From Heterostelium pallidum (taxonomy: Eukaryota), in contig NW_008805072.1 of NCBI RefSeq assembly GCF_000004825.1, positions 620,435-684,434 on the forward strand: a stretch of 64,000 nt of DNA, read 5' to 3'. The stretch's first letter is position 1; each line of letters starts with the position of its first letter. Below the pieces are notes generated by a model, which was not told where the DNA came from, searched no databases, and saw only the letters and a program-made list of their open reading frames with translations. Shown here in pieces: positions 39,902 to 52,875 of this stretch. The position numbers and the translations under genes are program-made.

Positions 39902-40935
39902 TATTATTTATAATAAAAAAGTCTAAAATTTATAATGAAATAAAATATATATAATTTATATTATTGTGAAGTTATTATGAATATTTATATATCAAGATAG
40001 AAAAAAAAAATAATGGTAATCTTGATATTATTTAATAATAATAATAAATAATTAAAGTAAAAATAATTTATTATTATTGTTATTATTTGTATAAGATATT
40101 ATATATATATGTATTAAAAATATTTCTTTAAAGAAATTATATATATATTTTTTGTTTAGATGTTGATTGTCGATAATAAAGAATGAATGGACTTCTTTTT
40201 GATCATTACAATCAAAACAAAGTCTGTAATGTTCCCACCACATAACACACAAACAAAAAAACTTTTTACTACCACTGTGTGAAACTAATCTCATTGTAAT
40301 TCAGATCTGAGATCTTGATGGGCACTCCCATAAAAACAAAAAACAATCGAGATCTGACATCGATGAAGTGAGTGTTTTTCAATTTTACAACATGCCTCCA
40401 CTACGTTGTTAGCTCAGAGAAAACCTAAACAAATTGTTTTTTCATCGAGAAGATTTTTTGTTTTTTTTTGCAATCGAGATTAAAGATGTTTGTTAATTTT
40501 TTTTCTTTTTTTATTTTTTGATACTCATCATTAGTCCTTGTTAGAGTTTTGATATTTTATTTTTTTTTAACTAAAATTGATCAATAAAAACAAAATTCAA
40601 TCAACTTTAATTTTGTAGAATAGATCACACCTACCTCCAGACAGCAAAACCAAGCTTGTAAACCTAAACAACATCTTTATTAGTCTTTTACAAGCGGGTA
40701 TTCAAATTAATAAAAGTTTAATGATTTTTCTAAAAATAAAATAAAATAAATAATAAAAATATCAAATACTATGAAATGATTGCGGAGAAAAAGAAAAAAA
40801 AAAAAAAGCGACTCAAACAAAAATCAATGCAACATATGAATTCAGAAACAGATGGATTTGGTTGGATGACGGTCCACAACCCAAAAACTCTTTGTTGCTT
40901 TATTATTTAATATAATATAATATAAATTAATTAAT

Positions 40936-42452
40936 TTAGTTGAATTTCTTTTTCGATTCGGATTTTTCGAGTTGTTGTTGTTGCTCTACCCAAGTATCGA
41001 TATCGACCCAGTTCTTGAGGATCCAATCGATTCTCTCTTGTCTGGTCTTTGGAATATCCTCATACTTAATTCTTACAAATCTTATTTTAACAACTCTGTT
41101 ACACAGTTTACCCTTCATCATTTGCGCGAAATTAGACGATGCCTCAAGTCCAATGTGTGAACAGAAAATCTAAACGTCGACGGGTTTAAAATAAAATAAA
41201 ATAAATTAGTAAATTTGAGCAAACACTATATATCTTTTTATTAAAGAGATCATTGATACATACAACATCACCACATGTATTTGATTCTAAAAGAGCAAGA
41301 GCACCACCAACTCTTGGTAAAAGAGTGTGCTTGAGTTTTGAAGCAAACTCATACTTTGGATCGTCCTTCTTTTTCAAGCTTTCCAATACTTTCTCTCTCT
41401 TTGACTTTGAGAATCTAGTTCCCTCTGGCCAAATACAAGTAACTTCATTACCCTGATAATAACAATATAGATCCAAGCTTTGTTAATAAACATATAAATC
41501 GATACAACTTGCTTCTACAATTATTACCTTTGGTTTGAAATCTCTAACTAAATTCTTGATTGCTTCCATTTCAATATCCATACCTTCGGCACCGGCATCT
41601 CTGAAGAGGAAAAAGTTTGGTGTTCTCGAACCTGAAATATCTAAGCCTGGATCCCAGAGCAACTCTTGCTTGACAATGTATCTAAGATGGAAAAAGTGTG
41701 ATAATATACCTCTATAATAAATGAAAAGAATTTGAATGAAATTGTTAGAGGTTGCTATTTTGTTGATTTCCTTTTGTAACTTTAGAATAATCTTACTGTG
41801 GAACTAGAGTATCGGCAAAACTAGCATGTCTCAAAAACATAATCTTTGGATTGATACCGATGGCTTTGGCGACACGCTCACGAATGTTGGCGTCGCTCCA
41901 TGGCGCAATAAAGTCTTCTTCACCACCCTTGATTTCGATCTGAACCGAAAGTCCCATGGCACGCATGCTCCAACCAAAGAGCATGACACCACCCCACCAC
42001 GATTGGTACCAGAAGTTCCAGCGGTCCCAACGCGAACGATCACGATCGCCACCGGCAACCACCAAGCTAATCATGTAGAGAATGTAGATGATAAGACAAG
42101 AGATGATCGCAATGAACTCGATCACCAGGTAGGTCTCGAAAAATGCTAAAACACGAACGTAGTTGAAACCGTTACGCTTCTTATAGAGTACAATATCGGC
42201 GATGAGTGCGGCCACTGCCAACACGGGGAACAATGCAGTGAGCACCACAAACACCAGTGCGATCATTGTGATTGAAATGGCACGACGCCACCACTTCTCT
42301 GCCCACAGTGCTAAAGGGTGTTGATAGATACTAGAGTATCTTCCATAGTTGTGCAAGTATCGCTTCGGTGTCTTTTTGTTTGACAATGGTGGACTTGACG
42401 CACCGCTGTTGTTGCCACCATCACCAGTGGTAGCCACTACTGATTTACTCAT
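40936..42452 (-). CDS. Lysophospholipid acyltransferase of the AGPAT/LCLAT1 (PlsC) family (exons 41797..42452, 41528..41711, 41264..41452, 40936..41169)
   Basis: Acyltransferase motif I variant FLRHASFADTL (H-x4-D) sits after multi-TM N-terminus. Motif III FPEGTR appears as IWPEGTRFSKSK. C-terminal ..VKIRFVRIKYEDIPKTRQERIDWILKNW resembles the LCLAT1 tail. Three canonical introns keep the frame. Track ORFs 41793..42452, 41186..41476 and 40936..41121 are exons 1, 3 and 4. Confidence 0.85.
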
Positions 42453-42979
42453 TTCCTAAAAATCTATATAAACTATAATATATCTATCTAATTTTACAAA
42501 TATATATATAGAGAATAAAGATATAAGAAAAAATAAAATAAAATAAAATATCAATTGTTAAAAAAAAAAAAAAATTCAAAACTAATCGAAAAAAACCCCA
42601 TTTATTTTATTGATATCGCATAATAGCGACATAAAGCAACCAAAAGATAATATATTTTTTTGAATAATATCTATCATTTGTTATCGGATGAATGAATTCA
42701 ATTCCGATACATTTTATAAGGTTTTTTTATTTTATTTAAACAAATAATAATATTTATTATTGCTTATTTAAATAAAAAAAAAAAAAAAATATAATATTTT
42801 TAAATAATATAATATTATTAAGTTTGTTTTCTTTTTTTTGTTTAATGTCATTCACAAGTTATAAAATATAAATAGTTTTTATTTTTATTTTCTTTTGAAA
42901 AATCTTTTAACTATTTCATCTGCCTATTAACTAGAACTATCGAATTGAGGTGACATCACCTTTTATAACTAAAAGAAAG

Positions 42980-45500
42980 ACTCGTCTGCTTACATCATCA
43001 CACAAGTCGCAATTATAAATTTTATTCATTATTGCAAAGATGTTTGCAAAGAAAGTATCTATTTCAAAATAAAAGTGGGAAGATTGATGATGAAAAGTTG
43101 TAGGAACATTCCATTACAATCACTCCTTTTTAGTAAGAGTCTCACTTTTAAATATTTTCACATTAAAAATTTCAGATCAATTTGATCACCTAATTATTTT
43201 AAGTCTCCACAGGCTCCACTTTTTGGTTGAGATTGGGTACGATGGAACCAATTCTATGTTCCATTTGCGCTCTATTTGGCAAATATTAATTAATTTAAAA
43301 GCTATGATGATGTATTATTGTTTACACTAGATGAAATTTGCACTTGCCTACATCATCAAAGAAAAAAAAAAAAAAAAACGTCATCAAAATCTAAATTTGT
43401 TTAAACTATGGTTGATTAATGGGCAATTGCTAATAATTATGAATTGTATGGGAGCATTGATTTGCTCCATCACTATAAATTTTATTAAATATCAAGAAAT
43501 TTTCAAGATACTTATGATAAAATTTTTTTTGCTTTTTAAAACAATTTTTTTTTCTTTAAAATAATAAATCGCTGAAATAAACAAAAGAAAAAAAAATCAT
43601 CATGTGTTTTTATTAAGATGTGATGATGTGTTTGTTTTTGTTTTCGAATCACAAAGAACAAGTCCGTATGAAAAAATATACCCAATCTTAAATAAGGAGT
43701 TTGCACAAATCATCCTTTAAAATAAGGTTTTGTTTTTTACGTCATCATGCATATGGTCACCATCATTGTCATGTGATAGATTTTTTATTTTTTGTTTGGG
43801 GGGAGTGGTGTAAATGAAAAAAAAAAAAAAAACATGATCAAAATTGAAAAAGATATTTTTTGTAAAAATTCTTTATACAAAAAACAAAAAAAAATTTGTG
43901 ACTAAAAAAAAAAATCAAAAGTACACATCATCATGCAAGTCATCTGGAGAAAAATAAGGTCTACAGTGTAGGTTTTGATTAATGGGGTGATCAAAACAGT
44001 TCAGAAGTGGAGGAATTTAGTGTGTTTTGCAGTTCAATTAATATGAGTGATTTTTCAAATCCGAACAAAAGATGGACCTTTTTTTATAAAAAATTTGGAT
44101 TGATTTTTTTGAAGATGGAGGCTTTCCACTGTTGAATGGGTTAAGAAAAACAATAACAAGTTCTCGTTCTATATTGTAAGGTAGTATTATAAAAAACAGG
44201 AACATCTCAATAAAACCGTTAGAAAGCCATAAATATCTTTGTTTTTTAAAAAACAAAAGTTTACACCTGCAAACCCTCAAGAAAGAGTAGTATGATCCAT
44301 CAAATTTTTTTAATGAACTGAAATCAAACACACAATCCATCAAAATGAAAAGTGGTGTGTGTATTCGTCATTTTCAAAAACCATCAAAACACCAAAATCT
44401 TAAGAATTTCTTCCAAATGTGTGGAGCCTCCCCCATATAGTCTAGCTAAAAAACCAGTTGAATTCAATCAACTGAAAAATCAAAAAAATAACAAAAACAA
44501 CCAAAAAAAAAAAAAATCAATTTTCATTCAACATAATTAAATTTAATTTTGTTTTTTTTTTGTTTTTTTTTAATTTTGTTTTGATTCATAAACCATCGCC
44601 TCACGAAAGACACAAACAGCTGATTTTTTTTTTCCACCATTTACTTTATTATCTTAGATACTTTTATCTAATACATCATCAATATCTTCTTCACACATCA
44701 TACTCTAAAATTTACTACTACTATAACATTATCATATACCCGGTCGGTTTTCTCTCCACCACCGAAAAACAACACTACTATTAAGATTATCATTAATAGT
44801 ATCACACTATAATTTAAATATTATCCTAAACAATAATATCAAAACTGTACAATTTCAGGTGAGTAGTATATCATATCCTCATTGCCATCCTATTAGGGAT
44901 AGGAAATGCTATCACAATGTCTTTACAACTTTAGATTTTATTGTGTTGTGTTTTTGGTAATTAGATTTTGTTTTGTCATCTATATTACTTCCACAATTGG
45001 CACAAAATAGCCGTAGCACGGTCCTGGTCTGTCTCTATAAATCTGCATATGACCCCCTTTTTGTGTTCCTATTGAACAATACCTATTCTATGTTTTTTTT
45101 TTGTTGCACGTCATCAAATATCTAGTTCTAATTCACCCATTAGAATGATGTATTAACATCCTATGTTTGTTTTTTTTGTTTGTTGCACGTCATCAAATAT
45201 CTAATTCAACACACATTCACACCATCTCTACCCAAAATCACAAAAAAATTTCATATAAACACTTTAAAATTGAAGAGCTGTAATTTTACAATATATTTCA
45301 CAAGATGCCCTTCCTTTAGCACAAAGCCCATCATGATGTAGGTCCTGCCCCAACCCAAAAATAAAACCAAAAAATTTATTTTTGTTTTTTTTTCTTTTTT
45401 TTTTTTTTACTTTTCGAAATATCTTTTCGACACATCATCAATATCTTTTCTTTAAAAGAAAACTCCTATCATTTGCTACATCATCAATCCAAATTTCCCA
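42980..45500. promoter_or_regulatory. Cluster of ~10 (C/T)ACATCATCA / ACGTCATCA motif occurrences in a 4.5-kb gene-free region, including a ~40-bp direct repeat (45101-45124 / 45180-45203)
   Basis: Occurrences at ~42990, 43345, 43378, 43745, 43927, 44672 (x2), 45107, 45190, 45428 and 45480. The repeat ctatgttttttttttgttgcacgtcatcaaatatcta occurs twice, 80 bp apart. Function is unknown. The position is upstream of the MYB gene starting at 47054, and also 5' of the minus-strand acyltransferase gene. Confidence 0.3.
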
Positions 45501-47053
45501 CCTCTACAAATCTTATTTATTGTAGGTTATTATCTCTTTATTTATCACTATTATCTTTTTTTTTCAAATACAAATATTATCTGTTAATATCTTTTAAATA
45601 TTTATTTATATAAAATATATAATATTTCTTTTACAAAAGTATTTTTTATTTATTTATTTATTAATTATTTTTTGTTGATTAATAATTAAACAAACCTCAC
45701 ATCTAACAATTTTAAAACAAACCCAATCATTCATTTAATTTAAATTAAATCACATGAATAAATTAATTTTAAACTATTTTTATTTATTGCCCACCGTTGT
45801 TTCTTTTTTGAAGCGCCACCATCAAATACTTATAAATTACTTTTTTTGTGTTTAATAATTGATCTCCTTCACTTTTGATTATTTTCATGGGTCAACACCA
45901 ACTTATAACACCACTATAATTCCAATATATGTTTAAGATGACTTTTAAAACAGTTGTTAAAAAGGCCTGACTTGTTATTATTCACACTTCCCAACAAATC
46001 ACAATCCTTTAAATTAATCAACAACATCATTATTAGGTGATCACTATTTCAAATGATAAAGTGAAGTTACTGTTGTTGATTTTAAATACTATTTTTAACA
46101 AATCTTAACCCACACTCTTTTAACTTTTGATTTTTAATAATTTTATTAAATTTATTTTAAAACAACAATCAATCAAAACAATCAATCAAATCATAACCCA
46201 TACAATCATATTTTATTAAAGATATTTTCAAAAAATAATAAATATTATTTGCTCAAGCAAAGCAATCTATTACAACAACCTTAAATATATAATAATTAAT
46301 TAAAATACAATTATTAATGCAAAGCTAAAACACTGCCTTTTAACAACTGCAACAAAACAGTACTTTTCTTAAAAGGTATTAATTTAATCATGTTCAAACC
46401 AAATCATCTTTATGTTTAAAGCTATTTATTGTTTATACAAAAAAAAAAAAAAAAGTAATAACAAATAATCATTACATCTACATTTTTTAGCAAACATATT
46501 TTTTTTATTTTTATTAAATTGTTGTTCCCAGATTACCGTACCCCATAACTTTTTTAAATTTATGATTACCATTTTGTGTTTGTTTGCATAGGGGTTTTCA
46601 AGAAAATTCTTCCGCACCCATCTTACTTTTTTTTTTTGTTTTTTTGTTTTGTGATAAATTAACAACCCTTACTGACCCTTTTCTTTTTTTCTTTTCATTA
46701 GGCATCTGATTTAACGACACAACAACCTCTTTCTGGTACCCTTTTACCCCAAAAACAATCAAACTTTTTTTTTTTCTTCTTTTCTATCATTAAGTTTAAA
46801 CAAATTTCTATTTTATTTCATAAATAATTATTTATTTAAAGAATCTCCTTTTAACATCGCCAACCAACAAACAAACAACCAAAGTGCATATTTGATTTAA
46901 TATTAATCAAATCAAACCACAATACCACCTTTCCTTCATCAATTTTTAATTAATATCATAATTTTTAAAATTTTAATTTTTAATTTTTTATTATTATTTT
47001 TTTTTTGAAAAACAAATTTCAATTTCAAAAAACCTCCTAACAAAATATCAAAA

Positions 47054-48274
47054 ATGTCATTTAATCAAATGGTACCAAATCAACCACTTAATCCAACACA
47101 ACTCTTACAACAGCAAGCAATGAATCCAAAGTCACGTAAACCATATACAATTACCAAACAAAGAGAAAATTGGACTGAAGAGGAACATGCCAAATTCCTA
47201 GAGGCACTCACATTGTAAGTCTGAAAAAAAAAAAAAAAAAAAAAAAATCAAATTACATTTTTACTAAACTTTTTTCTCTCCCTCTCTCTCTACTCTCTTT
47301 TGATTTCTTCTTTTTATAGATTCGGTAGAGATTGGAAAAAGATTGAAGGTTTCGTAGGAACCAAGACTGTAATTCAAATCCGTAGTCATGCACAGAAATA
47401 TTTCATCAAAGTCACAAAGAATAACACTGGTGAGAACATTCCACCACCACGTCCAAAGAGAAAGTCCGTTCAACCATATCCACAGAAGGCCAGAAACGAC
47501 CCATCGCTGGGTATGCTGACCGACTCACTCTCTAACAACCCATTCTTGAATTCAGCATCGTTTGTCAATTGGATGAGCTACCGTGGATTGATGCCATCGA
47601 TGGACAACTCCTCTGGTGGAGCCATGCCATTGAACAGTATGGATTCACACCGTCAACAACTCGAACAACTCAACCAAGCACAACAATATATCCAATCGGC
47701 CATGTCTGCCGCGCAGAATGCCAACCGCAACGCGGGTAGCACTGCCAACAGCATGAGCAGTAGCAGCGGTAACATCAACATCACACCAAACTACCCAAAG
47801 ATATACAACTTCCTCTCTGCATTGTTTGACTCGAACAACTCTTCATACACCGACACACTCAACGAGCTCTCACAGATCGACCGTGAGACCATGCAACTCT
47901 TGATGCACAACCTCGCCATCAACTTGGCCAACCAACAATACCGTGACCAACATCAATCACTCTTGGATCAATGTCGTTCGATGAAGCGTGAAGACGAAGA
48001 GGAAATCATCTCCTCACCGATCATCTCTCCACGCAATCCAGGTTCCGCCTCGGATTTCTGTGATACACTCGACAGTCTTGGATTCAACATGCAATCCGCC
48101 AACAACATCTTCTCATTGCAATCAACACAACCAACCAACTTTAATTTGAACCCATTGTCACATTCCACACCCAATTTAAACATGAACAGCCTAATGTCAC
48201 TGAACACCAACAACAATCTTTTGCTGGGTCAACAAAACAAATTCATGAACACTGCACAACCAAGTTTTTCTTAA
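47054..48274 (+). CDS. MYB-related transcription factor, SHAQKYF class (single MYB/SANT repeat; exons 47054..47214, 47320..48274)
   Basis: The MYB repeat is split by one gtaagt..ag intron. It reads W-TEEEHAKFLEALTL|FGRDWKKIEGFVGTKTVIQIRSHAQKYFIKV, the diagnostic SHAQKYF motif of CCA1/LHY/RVE-type proteins. The C-terminus is N/Q/S-rich. Confidence 0.85.
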
Positions 48275-49527
48275 ACAACAACAACTACCATCTACACCTC
48301 ACACACCTATTCTATTAGGACGAGTAAACTTTGTTTAGTTTTTTTAAATATTCTTAATTATCAAACTATCTACTCTCAATAATGCACACTACCACTCTAC
48401 ACTCAACCTCTTATCGAACTCCAATATTACTTTTAAAAGTCAATTATAATTACACACATATATTTATATATATATTCAAAAACAAAAACAAAAAAAAAAC
48501 ATCTAACAACAATAGCTATAATAACAACTGTTAATATAATAATAATATAATCGAGTGCAAACAATAATTTGATTTCAAAAGAATCATCAGTAATCAGCAT
48601 CAGCATCATCTCAACAACTAGTGTAAAGTGGTTCAACAAACAACAACAACAACAAGGGTAGATTTGTACAATGACTTTTTAAATGTCGAAAGTTTAAGAG
48701 TCAACCAACTCGACAACAATGATTTATCATCATCCGACTATTTTCTTTTTATTATTATCTTCTTCTTCTCCTCTTCTTCTCTTACTTCTATCTATCTCTA
48801 ATAATATATAATATTATTTTTTTCCCCCAAATTGAAGTTAACTTGGCAAAAACAACGATGTTGTCCTTATCAACCAATTGATTAATATCAAACAACAATT
48901 AATCAAAAGCAACAACCTAACAACAATAACTACAACAACTCAAGATAAAACAAATGGCTTTTAGAGAATGTCATTTTAACTTCACTGTGTATTATGCGAT
49001 AAAAAAATTTTGTATACATTAAATAAAACCTTTTTAAAACAAATATGCAAAGTTTTTTTTTTTTTTTTTCTTTGATCGTATTAAATTAATTATCTGTTTA
49101 ATTTTAATTATTTATATTAATTTAATAATATCAATTATGTGTCAAAAATTAAAAAAGATATTATTTTGAACTTAAAACCTGGTGCGATTTACCATCGCAC
49201 AATCAAATGATACAAATCCGTCCAATTATTCCTTGTGTTTTTTTTTAAAAAATTTTAATTTTGATTTATTTTTTATTTTTTTTTTGCAAAAAACGTACAA
49301 GGACATAGAATTTATAAATGGTTTTTGGAAATTTGAATTTATTATATTTCCAGCTTTTTCATTTATTTGTTATATGTTATTTGTAATAACAATATTTATA
49401 CGATAATAGTTGGTTGTTGGTCATTTTTATTTATATTTATTTCTTTAAAACAAACTCACATACACACACTCATATACTATTGAAATAAATATTTATTATA
49501 AATATACTATTATATTGTAATAATACA

Positions 49528-50775
49528 ATGTTTCAATATAACAAGTTGGATGAGGAAAACTATGACAATGAAATGTCATCGGTTGCACCATCCGAAGAGA
49601 GTAGATTGATAATTGACCAAAATGCTTACCAACTAGACTCGAGCAGCACAGGAATAGATACTGCCACCTCGCCAGAGTACTACAATGCAGACTCTGAGTT
49701 GGTGTATCGTCGTCACGCCAAACAAACAGAGGATCTACGTAACCTTCTCACTCAGACAAAGAAGCACGAAGACGAGATCAAGGGTCTCAAGAACAAGCGT
49801 GAACGTGGTTTCTATATCAAGCAGAATGAGTTGATCGACCAATTCTTGGCACCTCTCAAAGAGGGTGGCGATAGCGATGAAGACGACGAGAATGACTTCA
49901 AGGTAAAGGTTGCCATCAACGGTAGTTTACTCGTAAATATCGTTTTGTTCACATTGCAAATCACAGCGGCAATCATCACAGGTTCACTCTCGCTCGTTTC
50001 CACCTCGATCGATGCATTCATGGATTTGCTCAGTGGTTTCATTCTCTTCATGACTGCACGTGCCCGTAAGAAGCGTAACTACTTTGAATACCCAACCGGA
50101 AAATCTCGTATGGAGCCGGTCGGTATCATTATTTTCGCTGCACTCATGTCGACCGTCTCTATCAATTTGATTATCGAAGGTTCGACCTCGCTCATCAAGC
50201 AGAACGACAAGGAACTCTCACTCGGTATCATCCCAATTGCTTTCGTTGGACTCTCCATCGTCTGCAAGATCGTCATGTATCTCTACTGTCGTGTATTGAC
50301 ACACTCGTCGTCGGCAATGATTCTCGCTACCGACCATCGTAACGATATCACCGTCAATTCATTCGGAATTGGTATGGCTATTCTCGGTACCTACGTCAAG
50401 TGGTGGCTCGACCCAGTCGGTGCTTTGATTGTCGCCCTCATCATTTTGCGTTCCTGGACATCGGAGGCCTACGAACAGATCGAGTTGCTCGTCGGAAAGT
50501 CTGCTTCACCAGAGTTCCTCCAGCGTCTTACCTACATCGCCGTCTCGCACAGCCCAGAGATTCTCAAGGTCGACACATGTCGTGCATTCCACGTCGGTAA
50601 CAACCTCTTTGTCGAAGTCGACATTGTTTTGCCAGAGAACATGCCACTGATCAGAACTCACGACATCGGAGAATCTCTCCAAATCAAGCTCGAGTCTCTT
50701 CCAGAGGTTGAGAGAGCATTTGTACATGTTGATTACGAATTCAGACACAAACCAGAACACAAGAGAATTAATTAA
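49528..50775 (+). CDS. Cation diffusion facilitator (CDF) family metal transporter, Mn-CDF/MTP8-11-like, single exon, 415 aa
   Basis: Six predicted TM helices with CDF signature regions (..SLSLVSTSIDAFMDLLSGFIL.., ..HRNDITVNSFGI.., ..LDPVGALIVALIIL..). A C-terminal cytoplasmic domain is present (..AFHVGNNLFVEVDIVLPENMPL..ERAFVHVDYE). The ORF is clean from ATG to TAA. Confidence 0.88.
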   Translation: MFQYNKLDEENYDNEMSSVAPSEESRLIIDQNAYQLDSSSTGIDTATSPEYYNADSELVYRRHAKQTEDLRNLLTQTKKHEDEIKGLKNKRERGFYIKQNELIDQFLAPLKEGGDSDEDDENDFKVKVAINGSLLVNIVLFTLQITAAIITGSLSLVSTSIDAFMDLLSGFILFMTARARKKRNYFEYPTGKSRMEPVGIIIFAALMSTVSINLIIEGSTSLIKQNDKELSLGIIPIAFVGLSIVCKIVMYLYCRVLTHSSSAMILATDHRNDITVNSFGIGMAILGTYVKWWLDPVGALIVALIILRSWTSEAYEQIELLVGKSASPEFLQRLTYIAVSHSPEILKVDTCRAFHVGNNLFVEVDIVLPENMPLIRTHDIGESLQIKLESLPEVERAFVHVDYEFRHKPEHKRIN

Positions 50776-52875
50776 TTAATCTCCTCGAATTGAATATAAT
50801 ATATTATTTTTATCCTATTTATTAAAAATCAAATAAATCTTATTTCCAAAAAAAAAAATCAATCAAATTAAATGTTTATCACATTATGATAAATTTAATC
50901 AGCTTTATTTTTTTTCTTGTTTTTCTTAAAAAGGTTAATTTTTTTTTTACCCTATTGATTCAAACAAAAAAAAAAAATAAGTATCAGTTGTTGTTTTTTT
51001 AAAACAAATGTTCAAAGAAAAAAAAGTTCTGGTATCCCATTGACTGATTAAAATTTGGTAAAAAAACTTAAAAACCAAAAAAAAACCATATTATTTTTTA
51101 CCCGATAGGCAGTTGGTCTCTACGAAAACTAACACCTCTACTTCTCATTTTCTTTTTTCTCTAACTTCCTCAAATATAATATATTAATTAAAAATTTAAT
51201 TAAACAAGATAATTCTATTATAATTTATTTGTTCATTTATATAAATTTAGTATTTTATTAATTTAATTTTTAAAAAAAAAAAGTATGTATATCATTTTTC
51301 CCTCGTGAATTTGAATTTTTTTTTTTTTCTTTCGCAAAAACACCTTTAACTAATGTAACTGACACCAATTGAAATTGGACAATTTTTTTTTTTTTGTTCA
51401 AATTAATTAAATTAAAAATTTTTTTGCTTTCATTTTCATATTTCATATTTCTTATTACCATAGGACTTTCAATTATTATAACAATATTGTAACATTACAT
51501 TTTACAAAAGTAGTCTATCTTTATTATGACATAATTTCAGACAACACACAATATATAACATTACTATCTTTGAAAGATTACAAAAAAAAAAAACAAACAA
51601 AGTCTATTTAGTTTGAACTCTATAAATAGAACATAATACTTGGAATTAAAATATTGCGATCATCTCTAAAGTATTGGACAGGTATGTACATAGTTGTTCA
51701 ATTACATCATTTATAGATAATATCATTGTTTTTTTTTTTTTGTTGTTTCATACCATATACATATTTTTTACATATAACACTTTTTTAGCATTTAAAAATA
51801 GATCATTTTTGTATCATTTGAAACATATTGACTTAGTAACAGGATTTAGAATCGAGTATTTACCAAATAATAACATCATCATCAACAAACAATGACCAAC
51901 TGCCTAACACTTATCTATACAGTTCACTCATTCATTCTCTCATGTCTAAAGAAGGCAAGAATCACCCGACATCCTCTGTGAATGATACAATATCGAACAA
52001 ATTATTTACCTATCTATTCTTTATTCTCGTTATTTTCTTCTTTGTTGTTTGTTTTTGAAAAGGTGTGGGTGTTCTACAATAACAGACTTTGTCAAACCAG
52101 GTTTATTTGTTATAAATATATAAAAATAGAAACAACAATAACACATCATTCATCTTTGTCTTACCTTTCTCATTATCATTCACCTAAACACCTCTAATAT
52201 AATCTCAAAACTAAATAATCTTACCACACCGACAAACAAACAACAAACAAACAAAACACCCACACACAACACTTTTAAAAATTTTTTTTTAATATCTTTG
52301 TATGTCGTTTGTCTTTGGCACCTCTTGCTTTTTTTTATTTTTATTTTATTTTTATTTTTATTTTCTTAAAAAAATTTAATTGTGTTAATCGATCAACCGA
52401 TATTGCTTTCAACTTCAATACATTTAACAATTGAATCATCATTTTATACACATCATCACCAATACCACTCACAACATCAAATCATAAATAACATTAAATA
52501 TTTAATATTAAATTACCTTTTTACTTTTTAAAAAAAATAAAAATATTTATTGTAAATTCAAATATTTATTTAATCATATTCACATTTTAAATCAAAATTA
52601 TACCTGTATATTATCACCATATTTATTATTTATTTATTTATTTATTAGAAACAATCAAACTAACTAATTAATATCAATCATTTGTATCTTATCTTATCTT
52701 ATCAAACTATTTATAGAATATTTAATCTTTAGCAAATTTCATACAGTCATATTTCTATAAAGTAATCTTTTTTGGCAATCTAAATAATTAATAATCAATC
52801 AAGTAAACAGCAAATCATCAAAAAACAAAAAAAAACAAAAAGAATTAATTAATAATCAACATTTGAGATCAATCA

